Assembly: GCF_002113885.1 (NCBI RefSeq)
Contig: NW_018406026.1
Coordinates: 11,859 to 75,858 of the forward strand
From: Mizuhopecten yessoensis
Lineage: Eukaryota
Direction of reading: 5' to 3'
DNA length: 64,000 nt
Within the stretch, counting starts at the first letter, position 1; each line of letters begins with the position of its first letter. The translations under genes and the position numbers were made by a program. A model generated the notes under the pieces. That model saw nothing but the letters and a program-made list of their open reading frames with translations, searched no databases and was not told the DNA's origin. Shown here piece after piece: positions 1-13,463 of this stretch.

Positions 1-3000
1 TTTGGAGTATGTAGAGGGGACAGAAATAGTTAACAGTAAAAGTATGACGAGCAGGACAGAAAAAGTATACAGTTAGGGTATGCGGAGCGGGACAGAAATA
101 GTATACAGTTAGAGTGTGCAGAGCGGGACAGAAACAGTATACAGTTAGAGTATGACGAGCGGGACAGAAATAGTATACTCTTAGAGTATGACGAGCGGGA
201 CATGAATAGTATACAGTTAGAGTATGTGGAACGGGTCAGAAATAGTATACAGTTAGAGTATGTAGAGGGGACATAAATAGTTAACAGTAAGAGTATGACG
301 AGCGGGACGGAAATAGTATACAGTTAGGGAATGAGGAGCGGGACATAAATAGTAAACGGTGTGAGTATGACGAGCGGGCCAGAAATAGTATACAGTTAGA
401 GTATGTAGAGGGGACATAAATAGTTAACAGTAAGAGTATGACGAGCGGGAGGGAAATAGTATACAGTTAGAGTATGACGAGCGGGACAGAAATAGTATAC
501 AGTTAAAGTATGTGGAGCCGGATAGAAAAAGTATACAGTTAGAGTAAGACGAGCGGGAGAGAAATAGTATACAGTTAGAGTATGACGAGCGGGACAGAAA
601 TAGTATACAGTTAAAGTATGTGGAGCCGGATAGAAAAAGTATACAGTTAGAGTAAGACGAGCGGGAGAGAAATAGTATACAGTTAGAGTATGTAGAGGGG
701 ACAGAAATAGTAAACAGTAAGAGTATGTAGAGCGGGGCAGAAAAAGTATACAGTTAGAGTATGAGGAGGGGACGGAAATAGTATACAGTTAGAGTATGAC
801 GAGCGGGAAAGAAATAGTATACAGTTAGAGTTTGCAGAGAGGGACAGAAATAGTATACAGTTAGAGTATGAAGCGCTGGACAGAAATAGTATACAGTTAG
901 AGTATGTAGAGGGGACAGAAATAGTATACAGTTAGAGTATGTAGAGCGGGGCAGAAATAGTAAATAGTTAAAGTATGTGGAGCCGGACAAAAATAGTATA
1001 CAGTTAGAGTATGACGAGCGGGACAGAAATAGTATACAGTTAGAGTTTGCAGAGAGGGACAGAAATAGTATACAGTTAGAGTATGTAGAGCGGGACAGAC
1101 ATAGTTAACAGTTAGAGTATGACGAGCGGGACAGAAATAATATACAGTTAGAGTATGTGGAACGGTACAGAAATAGTATACAGTTAGAGTATTACGAGCG
1201 GGACAGAAATAGTATACAGTAAGAGTATGAAGAGTATGACGAGCGGGACAGAAATAGTATACGGTTAGGGTATGAGGAGCGGGACATAAATAGTAAACAG
1301 TTAGAGTATGTAGAGCGGGACAGAAATAGTATACAGTTAGAGTATGTGGAACGGGACAGAAATAGTATACAGTTAGATTATGAAGAGGGGACAAAAATAG
1401 TTAACAGTAAGAGTATGACGAGCGGGACAGAAAAAGTTTACAGTTAGGGTATGAGGAACAGGGAACAGAAATAGTATACAGTTAAAGCATGAGGAGCCGG
1501 ACAAAAATAAAATACAGTTAGAGCATGACGAGCGGGACAGAAATAGTTAACAGTTAGAGTATGACGAGCGAGACAGAATTAGTATACACTTAGTGTATGA
1601 CGAGTGGGATAGGAATAGTATACAGTTAGAGTATGCACAGGGAACAGAAATAGTATACAGTTAAAGTATGTGGAGCCGGACAGAAATAGTATACAGTTAG
1701 GGTATAAGGAGCGGGACATAAATAGTAAACAGTTAGAGTATGTAGGGCGGGCCAGAAATAGTATACAGTTAGAGTAGGTAGAGGGGACAGAAATAGTATA
1801 AAGTTAGAGTATGTGGAACGGGACAGACATTGTATACAGTTAGATTATGAAGAGGGGACAAAAATAGATAACCGTAAGAGTATGACGAGCGGGACAGAAC
1901 TAGTTAACAGTAAGTGTATGACGAGCAGGACAGAAATAGTATGCAGTTAGAGTATGACGAGCGGGACAGAAAGAGTTAACAGTAAGAGTATGACGAGCAG
2001 GACAGAAACAGTATACAGTTAGGGTATGAGGAGCGGGACAGAAATAGTAAACAGTTAGAGTATGTGGAGCGGGATACAAATAGTATACAGTAAGAGTATG
2101 AGGAGGGGCCGGAAATAGTATACAGTTAGAGTTTGTAGAGGGGACAGAAATAGTAAACAGTAAGAGGATGTAGAGCGGGACAGAAATAGTTAACAGTTAG
2201 AGTATGACGAGCAGGACAGAAACAGTATTAGTATACAGTTAGAGTATGTAGAGGGGACAAAAATAGTATACAGTTAGAGTATGATTAATAGTTAGAGTAT
2301 GTGGAGCGGGACAGATATAGTTAACAGTTAGAGTATGAAGAGCGGGACAGAAATAGTAAACAGTAAGAATATGACGAGCGGGACAGAAATAGTTAACAGT
2401 AAGAGTATGATGAGATAATATACAGTAAGAGTATGTAGAGGGGACAGAAATAGTATACAGTTACAGTATGTGGAGCCGGACAAAAATAGTATACAGTTAG
2501 AGTATGAGGAGGGGACGGAAATAGTGTACAGTTAGAGTATGACGAGCAGGACAGAAATAGTATGCAGTTAGAGTATGTGGAGCGGGACTGAAATAGTATA
2601 CAGTTAGAGTATGGGGAGCGGGACAGAAATAGTATACAATTAGAGTATGCAGAGCGGGACAGAAATAGTATACAATTAGAGTATGCAGAGCGGGACAGAA
2701 ATAGTATACACTAAGAGTATGAAGAGCAGGATAGAAATAGTTAACAGTTAGAGTATGACGAGCAGGACAGAAATAGTATGCAGTTAGAGTATGACGAGCG
2801 GGACAGAAAGAGTTAACAGTAAGAGTATGACGAGCGGGACAGAAACAGTATACAGTTAGGGTATGAGGAGCGGGACATAAATAGTAAACAGTTAGAGTAT
2901 GAAGAGCGGGACAGAAATAGTAAACAGTTAGAGTATGTAGGGCGGGCCAGAAATAGTATACAGTTAGAGTATGAACAGGGAACAGAAATAGTATACAGTT

Positions 3001-5079
3001 AAAGTATGTGGAGGGGACAGAAATAGTATACAGTGAAAGTATGTGGAGCCGGACATAAATAGTATACAGTTAGAGTATGGGGAGCGGGACAGAAATAGTA
3101 TACATTTAGAGTATGACGAGCGGGACAGAACTAATTAACAGTAAGAGTATGACGAGCACAGAAAGAGTTAACAGTAAGAGTATGACGAGCAGGACAGAAA
3201 CAGTATTAGTATACAGTTAGAGTATGTAGAGGGAACAGAAATAGTTAACAGTTAGAGTATGTGGAGCGGGGTGGAACGGGACAGAAATAGTATACAGATG
3301 TAGAGGGGACAGAAATAGTAAACAGTAAGAGTATGACGAGCGGGAGAGAAATAGTATACAGTTAGGGTATGAGGATCGGGACAGAAATAGTATACAGTTA
3401 GATTATGATTAGCGGGACAGAAATAGTATACAGTAAGAGTATGAGGAGGGGCCGGAAATAGTATACAGTTAGAGTATGTTTAGCGGGCCAGAAATAGTAT
3501 ACAGTTAGAGTTTGTAGAGGGGACAGAAATAGTAAACAGTAAGAGTATGTGTTAGAGTATGACGAGCGGGACAGAAAAAGTTTACAGTTAGGGTATGAGG
3601 AACAGGGAACAGAAATAGTATACAGTTTAAGCATGAGGAGCCGGACTAAAATAGAATACAGTTAGAGAATGATTAGCGGGACAGAAATAGTATACAGTTA
3701 CAGTATGTGGAGCCGGTCAAAAATAGTATACAGTTAGAGTATGGGGAGCGGGACAGAAATAGTATACATTTAGAGTATGTGGAGCGGGACAGAAATAGTA
3801 TACAGTTAGAGTATGTACAGGGAACAGAAATAGTATACAGTTAAAGCATGAGGAGCCGGACTAAAATAGTATACAGTTAGAGTATGATTAGCGGGACAGA
3901 AATAGTATACAGTTAGAGTATGTGGAGCGGGACAGAAATATGAGGAGCCGGACTAAAATAGTATACAGTTAGAGTATGATTAATAGTTAGAGTATGTGGA
4001 GCGGGACAGAAATAGTATGCAGTTAGAGTATGACGAGCGGGACAGAAATAGTATACATTTAGAGTATGTGGAGCGGGACAGAAATAGTAAACAGTAAGAG
4101 TATGTAGAGCGGGACAGAAATAGTATACAGTTAGAGTATGACGAGCTGGACAGAAATAATATACAGTTAGAGAATGACGAGCTGGACAGAAATTATATAC
4201 AATTAGAGTATTTAGAGCGGGACAGAAATAGTAAACAGTTTGAGCATGTAGAGGGGACAGAAATAGTATACAGTTAGAGTATGTGGAGGGGACAGAAATA
4301 GTATACAGTAAGAGTATGACGAGCTTGACAGAAATAGTTAACAGTAAGAATATGACGAGCGGGACAGAAATAGTATACAGTTAGAGTATGACGAGCGGGA
4401 CAGAAATAGTATACAGTTAGAGTATGTAGAGGGGACAGAAATAGTTACCAGTAAGAGTATGACGAGCGGGACAGATATAGTATACAGTTAGGGTATGAGG
4501 AGCGGGACATAAATAATATACAGTTAGAGTATGACGAGCGGGACAGAAATAGTATACACTTAGAGTATGACGAGCGGGACAGAAATAGTATACAATTAGA
4601 GTATGACGAGCGGGACAGAAATAGTATATAGTTAGAGTATGTGGAACGGGACAGAAATAGTATACAGTTAGAGTATGTAGAGCGGGACAGAAATAGTAAA
4701 CAGTTAGAGTATGACGAGCGGGACAGAAGCAGTATACAGTTAGATTATGTAGAGGGGACAGAAATAGTATACAGTTAGAGTATGTAGAGGGGACAGAAAT
4801 AGTTAACAGTAAGAGTATGACGAGCGGGACAGAAATAGTATACACTTAGAGTATGACGAGCGGGACCGAAATAGTATACAGTTAGAGTATGTAGAGGGGA
4901 CAGAAATAGTATACAGTTAGAGTATGTAGAGCGGGGCAGAAATAGTTAACAGTTAGAGTATGTGGATCGGAATAGGAATAGTATACAGTTAGAGTATGTA
5001 GAGCGGGACAGAAATAGTATACAGTTAGAGTATGACAAGCGGGACAGAAATAGTATACAGTTAGAGTATGACGAGCGGG
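1..5079. repeat. 36-bp minisatellite array (consensus GACGAGCGGGACAGAAATAGTATACAGTTAGAGTAT), about 140 degenerate copies, open at window start
   Basis: Directly visible tandem unit. The 12-aa periodicity (HTLTVYYFCPAR) of the minus-strand ORFs confirms the 36-bp period. Lies downstream of the donor at 6597, so probably intronic in the minus-strand receptor gene. Confidence 0.97.
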
Positions 5080-6597
5080 TATTTATCAACAGGACTCGGC
5101 GTCCATGCGATTCTCTGAAACCGGCTTCATCCGATCATAATCTTATTATCCTAATAATTATAGACTATTTTTCAATGATTTGAGACCGTGCAAGTCTTAC
5201 TTTAAGAAGAATACCATAAAACAGAATATGTCTGTATTGCGAGGTCGTTCTACGCATTATTTGATAAGCTGAAACTCGGCATATATTTCAATTATGCATA
5301 TATAACACTTGTTGAAAATGAGGTTATATAACTATCCTGTAATTATATCGATAAGCATGTATTGTCATGTCAATTACAACATATGAATACAAACCTCTTT
5401 GAAAATAAACGTATATATCAAAGGACTATTATCTAATTAAAATCAATCTTAACACCATCGCACGTAATCCATGTAATTGAGAGAACAAGGGGCTTACAGA
5501 TAGTAACACGTATGCGGGTTTATGTGGTTTGGACTTTTTTTTATCTTTACACAACATTGCTACTTTCAAACCATTAAATGCTCATCAATAAATACGTGTT
5601 CTGTCATTGCTCTATTAAACACAACACGAAAGATTTCGTGTAATCGAGATTACGCTTTTATGCCAATTAAGTACAACAAAGAAAAACCATTTCCGTTTTG
5701 GTCTCTCACCTGCTACATTTGAAAAGTGAGTCTCACCAAACAGGGGTTACAAACAAGATTCGCTTGTTGAAAGTCTAATCGTAGCGTGTAAGTGGTGAAT
5801 TGTTCAAAAAAGTCATATAAGTATATATATATATAAAAACCCAAAAATCAGTAAAAATATAAGTAAAAGAAGCCTTTACAGTACCTCATGTTTTGACTTT
5901 GTTTTGGTGTTTTCGAGCTTGTATAAAAAATAACGTTTTAATATAAATTATAAATCGTACAAATGAGTGTTTTTTATCGATGATTCATGAGCTTAATGAT
6001 ACATGATCATGAAGGTCACTTTAAAGTATTTATTTTCATATTTCGTTTTTTGATTATTAAAAGTGTGAAAACAAAATCATCATGTCTTACAAATGAGTTG
6101 AAAATGATATCAAAATTGATGTATCTTAAAATCAATAAATCCATACAAACATGTGAATAAACATTTTCACTGGGGCTATTCAACAATTTGAAATTCTCCC
6201 ACACTAAAATGTAATGTAGAAGACACAGGACTATCACAACTCATCCGTAATATCATAATGAAATATGTACCAATGCACTGCATTTCAACTATATACCTCA
6301 CCACATTCAGATAAGATGGCATTCATGGAACTATTTTTTTAATAATAGTACGTGTAATTGAATTTTATGAAATAATCAGACTTAAAATATGGTAAATTCA
6401 AGTATTGAACTGCTTTCTTTTGAGATTCATGAGCAATATGAATGCCAAAAAGCAGTTCAGTGCTTAAAATCAGCTTAGCGGACCTCACGATATCCCCGAT
6501 TCATCTTTACACACTTTACTGTGAACATTGTTCTATTCCTCGTGAACCAGCAGTGGTATGCGAATCTAGATCAAAAATGGTCGTTCTATCCACTTAC

Positions 6598-6844
6598 CTG
6601 AAGCCCTGGAGTTACTACATACGCTGCCGTAGTGACGTTCTATTTTGGTAATTTTGTAGGAGCTGTTGAGGATATCCCTATTGACCCTTTCAATGGCAAT
6701 ATCTATAGCTGGTCCTACTCTCTCCACGTCGTAAGGTGTGTTTGCGTCGTAGATCATGGCTACGCCGACGTTAAATTCCCTCACAGAACCAGTTGTCGGG
6801 CGTGTGTAAAACAAATTAAATAACACGATGTAAGCTTCCCACAT
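6598..6844 (-). CDS. First coding exon of a receptor guanylyl cyclase / atrial natriuretic peptide receptor-like protein (ANF-receptor ligand-binding domain start); gene continues left of the window
   Basis: Signal-like MWEAYIVLFNLFY, then FNVGVAM..PYDVERVGPAIDIAIERVNRDILNSSYKITKIERHYGSVCSNSRASG, matching the ANF_receptor N-terminal pattern (PAI.IA.E.VN). Ends at a strong phase-1 donor CAG|GTAAGT (6598/6597). Alternative ATG at 6856. Confidence 0.82.
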
Positions 6845-7799
6845 CTTCAAAACCATCCTCCTACACGTTACAGATATTCGCAACTCTTTTTACGTAAACG
6901 TTATGTTTGAAATGCTACTACAGAAGTTGCCATAACCGTCGATCTATTCGCAAGTAAACTCATGATCATAGCATAAAAACTGTTACTGTTAGCACAAGTC
7001 TGATGTATCTTACTAAGTATGATATGACCAGTATGGCCTCATCCCGGTCCTTTCACCACCCTTATGAAACCATTTATCTATTATGGGTTTCATTTAGCTC
7101 TGGTGACGAACATCGTTGTCAGTATACTAATTAGACGCTTTGTCCGGGCTTGTCAGCAGCTCCCGGTTATGAGCGGCTTCACATTAACGCGATCTTGATT
7201 GGTTTGTGTCGTCGTCACCAATGTGTTATTATTACAGGCTATTCAGATGCTGTGGACGTTAGTACAGGTAATCGATGATGTAAGTGTCTGTAAAAGCCAG
7301 TACATTTTCTTAGATAGGTAAAGGTACTCGAAAACAACCAGATTTATATCAAAAGTAGCAGTAATGGATGCATCCATCAAATCTTAAACTCCTATTACAG
7401 ATCAATTTGTTATGACGTCATAATGTGCGACATTTCTACATCCTTATATGTTCATGTTTATGATATGATATGCAACTCTTATAAAGCGCTCTATATGATT
7501 CCTGATATTACTCATAAATGTCTACAGAATATTTAATATACATGACATTATGACGTAATTGTCAGAAATATGAAACAGACAAGTTCAATGACGTCACAAG
7601 TGATATGATCTACAAAATATATAACTATTTTATAATAAAGCCCTATACAATGACGGATGATAAATGTTTATATTAGACAGATATCTAGAAAGCGGAAGAA
7701 GGAATGTGAAATTTCAACCCCAATATCCTTTGTGTGATGAGCATGTGATGCACGTGCTTTCACCTAGTGACGCTTTTACTATGTTATCTTTCACCGTTA

Positions 7800-8280
7800 A
7801 TGGATAATATGGATATTGTACCGGCAAAAGGTAGAGACATCCTAACTGGGGTAAGCTGGTACGATAGGCAGAATGACTTCGACTTCCCGGTCATGAACTT
7901 TACATTTCTTGATAGTAACATCCCTGTTTCAATACCTATGTTGTTTACATGTCACATTTGGTTGATGACTTCTGTGATAAATGTCGACTACTAACGGACA
8001 CACTTACAACACAGTGTGTTAATGATGCAGGTTGGGGAAGATTATGGGCAGGTTTTATGGTCGCAATCATGATTTCATTAGGAACTCTATTTTTTGTGTG
8101 ATTTATAGGTCATTATTGTGATTATGCTCGTAACTGTAACCTATGGATTAACTGTCACTACCTGAGTTCTCGTTGGAAAGACGCGACGTTACTTGACATT
8201 TGACCAAGATTTACAAGGCAGTTGTCGTCGATAAAGCCGACGACGCCTACCTTTCCAGAACAACTGGTCCTATTGTCTTC
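7800..8280 (+). mobile_element. Decayed Penelope-like retroelement RT C-terminal fragment
   Basis: Translation WYDRQNDFDFPVMNFTFLDSNIP resembles the PLE RT thumb motif YDKRDDFNFPIVNFPFLxSNIP. Boundaries approximate. Confidence 0.6.
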
Positions 8281-8959
8281 TCCTATGACTATTATGTGAT
8301 TAGTCTTTCATTTGTTCATATTTTCCCCTTGTTGAGTTGAAATTATGATTATGTTGACATGTATTCGCTCGATGCAATCCAAATCCGACTTGGTTGTGCG
8401 CCGAGCTGTTTGTTGTAAAATCGACTGCCAAATTCAGAACATTAAACTCCTTTTCTTAAAATGCAATTCATTCATTACTTATGAAGTTGTTATCTCATTT
8501 TATACGATTTGTTTATTTCTTTCCTGCATGATTATATGCGTTAACTACTGTTTTGGTACAAGTCAAAAGAAAGCCATCAATGGAATAAGTACTGGGGGTA
8601 TACTGACTGGAGCAAAACATAGCGATACAACTTAACGTTTCAAATGATAATACCAATTAAATGCATCAAGATTTTACTGATCTTAAAACTGTACTTATAA
8701 AGTAAAATATAGGGTTTTCCTTTAAAGTAGGGCCTTACGGTTTTAATTAGTTCTGTATTTGTTCGCCCTTAGATAGGATTATAATGTCACATGACCTGTA
8801 CGCATCATTCACACATACAAGATGTTGAGAGAAGCAGACAAGTGCTTTCATTGGAATGGTTATCAGAGTCAAAACACTATTTCTTTTTAACGTTCATAAT
8901 AAGTGCCCGTGGTTTCTAGGGAGCTGGGGACTACATATGCTATATTACCTTAAATACAT

Positions 8960-9760
8960 TTGGTGTGCAAATACTCCTTGGAATGGTGGAGTGTCAATTA
9001 CAAAACGTAGGTACCTGTGACTTGTGGTGTGACCTTTGACTTAAACTTTAAAAGAAATGTTTTCCATGGCATATCTACTACAGCATTTCACCTTGAGCAA
9101 ACGTATTTGGTATTTAAATTCATCTTCGAATAACAAATTGTGGAGTACAAAAATAAGGTCGCTTTGACCTTCATTTAAAAAACAATTCTGTGGCATATCA
9201 CCAGACTCGGTATGCAGGTACCGAGTCATTGCATAGCGGAATGCAGTTTACAAGTAAGTCAGTGTTACCTACGCGTTGACCTATTACCTCAAATATGGAA
9301 CATTTTTTTCCGGGGCATACATTCGGTTTCACCAAAGTAACCAGATTAGGTATGCAAGTACATTATGGGATTGCAGAGTGCAGAATACAAGACGTATATT
9401 TCTGTAACCTTTATGCTTTGGCCTTTCACCTCAACCTTTGAAAAGGTTTGTCCAGTGCATACATGTATCGTCTAAACTATTTCATTGCACTTTCCAGATT
9501 TGGTATGAAAGTTATCTTGGGATGGCAGAGTGTCAAGTACAAAAAGTAGGTCACTGTGACCTATGCTTTAAACTTTGACCTTATCGTTTGAAAGGAAACC
9601 AGAGTTGGTATGGAAGCATGTCCTGGCTGACAGAATGAGGAGTACAAGAACTCTGTCTCTGTGACCTATATGATGAGATATTTGTACCGCTAGGTAAATA
9701 AAGAAAAAAATACTGGTGGGGGACTTTGGATTGCCATTCAATACTCTGCCTTGTTGTGAA
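8960..9760. repeat. Degenerate non-autonomous element with internal about 150-bp subrepeats rich in TGACCTT motifs (Helentron/HINE-like)
   Basis: Recurring blocks such as ccagatttggtatg...gggatggcagagtgtc...gtaggtcactgtgacct and tgacctttgac. Family assignment is inference from similar bivalve repeats. Confidence 0.4.
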
Positions 9761-10426
9761 TAATATGATTGAGTGAGGCACAATCCTGCATACGGAACTG
9801 CCATATTTGCCCAAAAGATAACAAAAGATTAAAAGATAAAGGTACGTTTTAGCAAGTGCAAGTAGGTTAAAATAGTAGGTATTCCCACGAAGGTGAAGTA
9901 AGTCATTGCCGCTGTAACTTGTTACTGATATTTTTAATAGACGCTAAAATGTTATACACTTACAACATTACATACTTAGTCAAAAATCTACAATGTTAAT
10001 AAAATATATGAAAACAAACCTTTTCTCGGCTATTTACAGTAATTTAAAGCTTTCCTGGGTAGAATATTATACTCTAGACAGACTTTAGTTGCATTCCTAG
10101 TGGTCGTGGTTGTTGACGCGACATTGATTTAAGTGGATGCTCTGAGCATTATATCACCAGGTATTACATGAAAGCTATATGTAGGCTACCATCACACTAT
10201 TACATAATGTGGGATCAGCAATGATATACTTCTTTAAGTTTCCTACAAGTTACAACTATGATAAATGTGTATGTTATCCTCAACCTGTCATGCGGTGTTG
10301 TAGTTGTATTTGGTCTAGCATGATGACTCGAGGGATCTGTAAATCTGGAGAATGTCTAAACAAAATTGATGTTTTTCGCTTGTTTGGTATCTTTTCAACA
10401 GTCTGAAGATATAACGAACAATTGTC

Positions 10427-11786
10427 TTAATGTCCTTCTACAAAACGCATGATGGCTTCTGTTGTATTGACACTGAACCCCACCACCTGGAGCATAAATG
10501 GATTTTTTTGATCCTCTACTGTTACGTCACTGCTGGCAAAGTTGACGATAACAAGTCGAGTTGTGCCGACGCCGAAGTGAAACCTTGAAAATGTCTGTTT
10601 GAATTTCTCAGCTGGGGAGGATAAAAGCACTATAATGGCGTCGAATGAATCCAGTGCCTCTTCCACATGTTGTACAAGAACCGATAGTGACTCATTTACT
10701 GCAATTAAATTGTTCGTGCAAGCCAAAGCGTCTGTACTAGGGAATTCCAGCTTAATCTTTTCCCCGGAAGTGTACGTGACAATTTCCGAGTCTCTGTGTG
10801 TTGCTCTTGCAATTATAGTCGCCATTGTAGCTATGGCGTCTCCGATAGTAACTGATTTTTTTTCCTCAAGTTTAGAGTCTAGTTCCTTGCCTACCCAATG
10901 CACCAAAGAATATTTTTTGTCTGTTGGTTTTACATTACGGACACAAAGTTCAAAAGAGTGTGCCAGTGTCTTCTTGACGTTTTCGTCATTTGTTTCCTTC
11001 ATTGCAAGTACAACTGCGAATGGGTTCACGTTTGCATTTTGTAGCTGTTCCACATCTCCCAGTCTCTCAAGAATTGTCTTCTGGTCATCTAATTGGTCTA
11101 TCTTCGAAATGTTCTGAATGACCAGATCAAGAGGAATTTGGTTCAGCAAAACTTCCCAAACAAGTGTGGACCTCATGAGTGCCGCAGACATTTGCGAGGT
11201 TTCCAGCCTATATTTCCTTATGATATCGATTTTCCCCTGAACTTCCATGTTTCCAGTACACTGACGTGTGTTGTTAACCGCCTCGAGGTATTGGAGGATG
11301 TCCTGCCATTGTTTGGCTTGGTCGCGGTCAATTGGCGATGGTAATTTCTTTGATTCGTTTAGACCTTTAGTGACATATCTCAGGATCAACATGATGAATG
11401 GGGAGTCTGGTTTCACATGCGACAACCTGGCAACATCTTTATGGGTCCACTGACCATTTTTTTGTACTTTCGTAACGCCTTCTGCTAGTTCCATGGGCCT
11501 GTCGCTGAAGCTGTTGTACCAGTCAGAAACGGCTCGGCGTTGTGCCCTACCCCACCCTGTTCCCCCGCTCACCATTTCACAAAACATGACGAAAGTAAGT
11601 AAATCCGAGGGTTCGGGACATACTGCTTGAAGAGCGGAATAAGCGGCTTTCTTCGTGCTGGATTCCGTTGATCGGGCACACATTGCTAGTGCGTATATCG
11701 CGGTTTGTCGCTGACATCCTCTTCCCGTTAATTTAGCCCTCTTTATGATCTCAACAACTTCAGGACCGTGATCATTGGAAATCAAA
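10427..11786 (-). CDS. RO60: Ro60/TROVE2-like protein, large terminal coding exon (TROVE HEAT-repeat ring plus degenerate vWA domain)
   Basis: Motifs match Ro60: YALAMCAR, TKKAAY, LLTFV, GWGRAQRRAVSDWYN (Ro60 WGRALRKAIADWYN), WTHKDVARLSHVKP (WSHKDLLRLSHLKP), VWEVLL, NVKPTDKKY, DQKNPFMLQVVGFS (DPDDRGMLDMCGFD). Acceptor tttcAG|T at 11787/11786 is phase-compatible with the upstream exon. Stop TAA at 10427. The symbol marks family only; probably a divergent paralog. Confidence 0.9.
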
Positions 11787-12168
11787 CTGAAATCAGTATA
11801 ATAAACCATATTAATTAAATCATACAAGTAGGTTTCTTTCCTAACGTCAATGTATCAGACCATCGCATTTTTTTGTACTTATCGGCGATGGTCTAAGGGA
11901 GACAACCTTTACATGCGTGATCACATGGTTGTGATAAGACACATGAAAAGGGCAAATTTTATATAAAGGGACATGAGCATCTCCTAATGGCAAAATCGTT
12001 GTCAGTTTATAATAAGCAACACTTAGATAAAAACACTGACAAGCCATTTATGTTTTATATTGAAAAGGGTGGCACATATTTAGGGTCTGACAAACCTTAC
12101 AAACCATAACCATAACTGTACAGTTGCACCTGTTCGGAATAATTCCCAGAGGATTGTGAACAGTATAC

Positions 12169-12170
<2 letters not shown>

Positions 12171-12201
<31 letters not shown>
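12171..12201 (+). repeat. (GATA)n microsatellite in the Ro60-like intron
   Basis: gatagatagatagata... about 7-8 units visible. Confidence 0.95.
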
Positions 12202-12202
<1 letters not shown>

Positions 12203-12561
12203 CTAATCAACCGTGTTATGCCAACTTCAACGTATAATTGATGTGTCTTGATTTTTCAAATATGACCTGTTTACAAGGATTATATTTAGGTGACTTAAAT
12301 TATTTTTCAATAACTCCATTTTATATATTTTTTTTCAGTAGCGTAGACAACAGGCTATTTTTCAAACGATAATCTACAGGGCTTCTGTACTGTATGTTTT
12401 AAAAATGTCATTTCAACCACTCCTCTTATATGTTGCGCTATCCACTTTTGAACAAAAGTTAGTTTTATTGTTCATATCAACATGGTCATAGGTTGTTCGC
12501 CAATAAATCAATAAAAATGTCCTGAAAATTCCAGTGGAAATCTTTCTTATGGATATACCTG

Positions 12562-12802
12562 GGCCCAGTTGTTCAAAGGGTGGTTAGCTTAATCACTGTC
12601 TAGCGACATTTTCCAACATATAATAATTTCGTCAATATACAAGGTAAAAACTCGTCATTTTGTATGTAAATTAACTCCACTAAATAGCTGATATCTGTAA
12701 AGTTATAACTAATTCAATGGTTGTGTTTTAAAGATACACAAAAAATAAAATTTGCGCTAACTAATCACTGTTTAAGCTAATCACATTTTGAACAACTGGG
12801 CC
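12562..12802. mobile_element. 241-bp MITE, PIF/Harbinger-like, in the Ro60-like intron
   Basis: Terminal inverted repeats GGCCCAGTTGTTCAAA / TTTGAACAACTGGGCC, extended by subterminal ttagcttaa / ttaagctaa. 3-bp CTG target-site duplication at 12559-12561 and 12803-12805. Confidence 0.85.
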
Positions 12803-13197
12803 CTGGTGTCATCAGGAATTTTATGGAACCTCAAACTGAAAAATTTCTCCGACATTACTTTCCATATGTATTTTTGTTTTGTTTAAAAATGCATCATGAT
12901 CCCCTTAAACCCAATAGATCTATATAATGGAAGTCAAGCTTAAATCGCTTGTTAAATAACACAAGACAATATTACTGGCGATGTCGGAGTACTGTTTGCC
13001 CTACACAATTATCATTAAATCTTTTGAATTATAATGATATATGCCAAATATGCAAATTCCGGAGGGTCAAACATGAAAACATGCATAGCGCAATTATATT
13101 ACAATGACCTCGTGAACAACGGAAGGGTTTTTAATCAACCGTGTTAGGAATGGGGAATAGGCCTATCACAACAAATAATGCAAGTTTGTATCATTAC

Positions 13198-13463
13198 CTG
13201 TCGATACATTTAACTTCCTTTCGAGTGAATTCTCTATCGGCTGATTCGTAAGCACCCTTTTCTGCGCCTAGGATGAGGAACCTATGGAGTCGCCATTTGT
13301 CGGATTTTATGTCCGGGATTAATACCCCTGCCTCCCGTAACGACATCTCCATCGAGGCATTTCTTCGTACGCTGGCCAGTGCTTGAAACCTTCCGGATCT
13401 TAAAGTGGCACGAGTTAAAGAAATCATTTCATCGGAGGAAGAACTAAGATCTGAGTCTGACAT
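13198..13463 (-). CDS. RO60: Ro60/TROVE2-like protein, first coding exon (joined CDS 1626 nt, 541 aa)
   Basis: SDKWRLHRFLILGAEKGAY matches Ro60 TDMNRLHRFLCFGSEGGTY. Donor AG|GTAATG at 13198/13197 (phase 2) joins 11786 to give ...CIDSLISND. ATG at 13463. An acceptor-like site at 13486/13485 suggests a further upstream exon. Confidence 0.85.

Noticed and set aside
754-4845. Repetitive ORFs (HTLTVYYFCPAR)n, and similar ORFs at 18396-19588, 35098-35732, 45874-46453 and 55327-55707
   Set aside because: Translations of satellites or N gaps, with frequent frameshifts and no splice or start context.
1-5079. CRISPR-like appearance of the 23-38-bp repeat arrays (here and at 17948, 22143, 30665, 38790, 45721)
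   Set aside because: Units are head-to-tail with no unique spacers, there are no cas genes, and the context is eukaryotic.
10599-11453. Plus-strand ORFs of 172, 83 and 61 aa
   Set aside because: Antisense shadows of the Ro60-like exon.
11787-11827. ORF-track start MYDLINMVYYTDF for the 466-aa ORF
   Set aside because: Non-ATG start lying in intron sequence; homology continues in the upstream exon through the acceptor at 11787.
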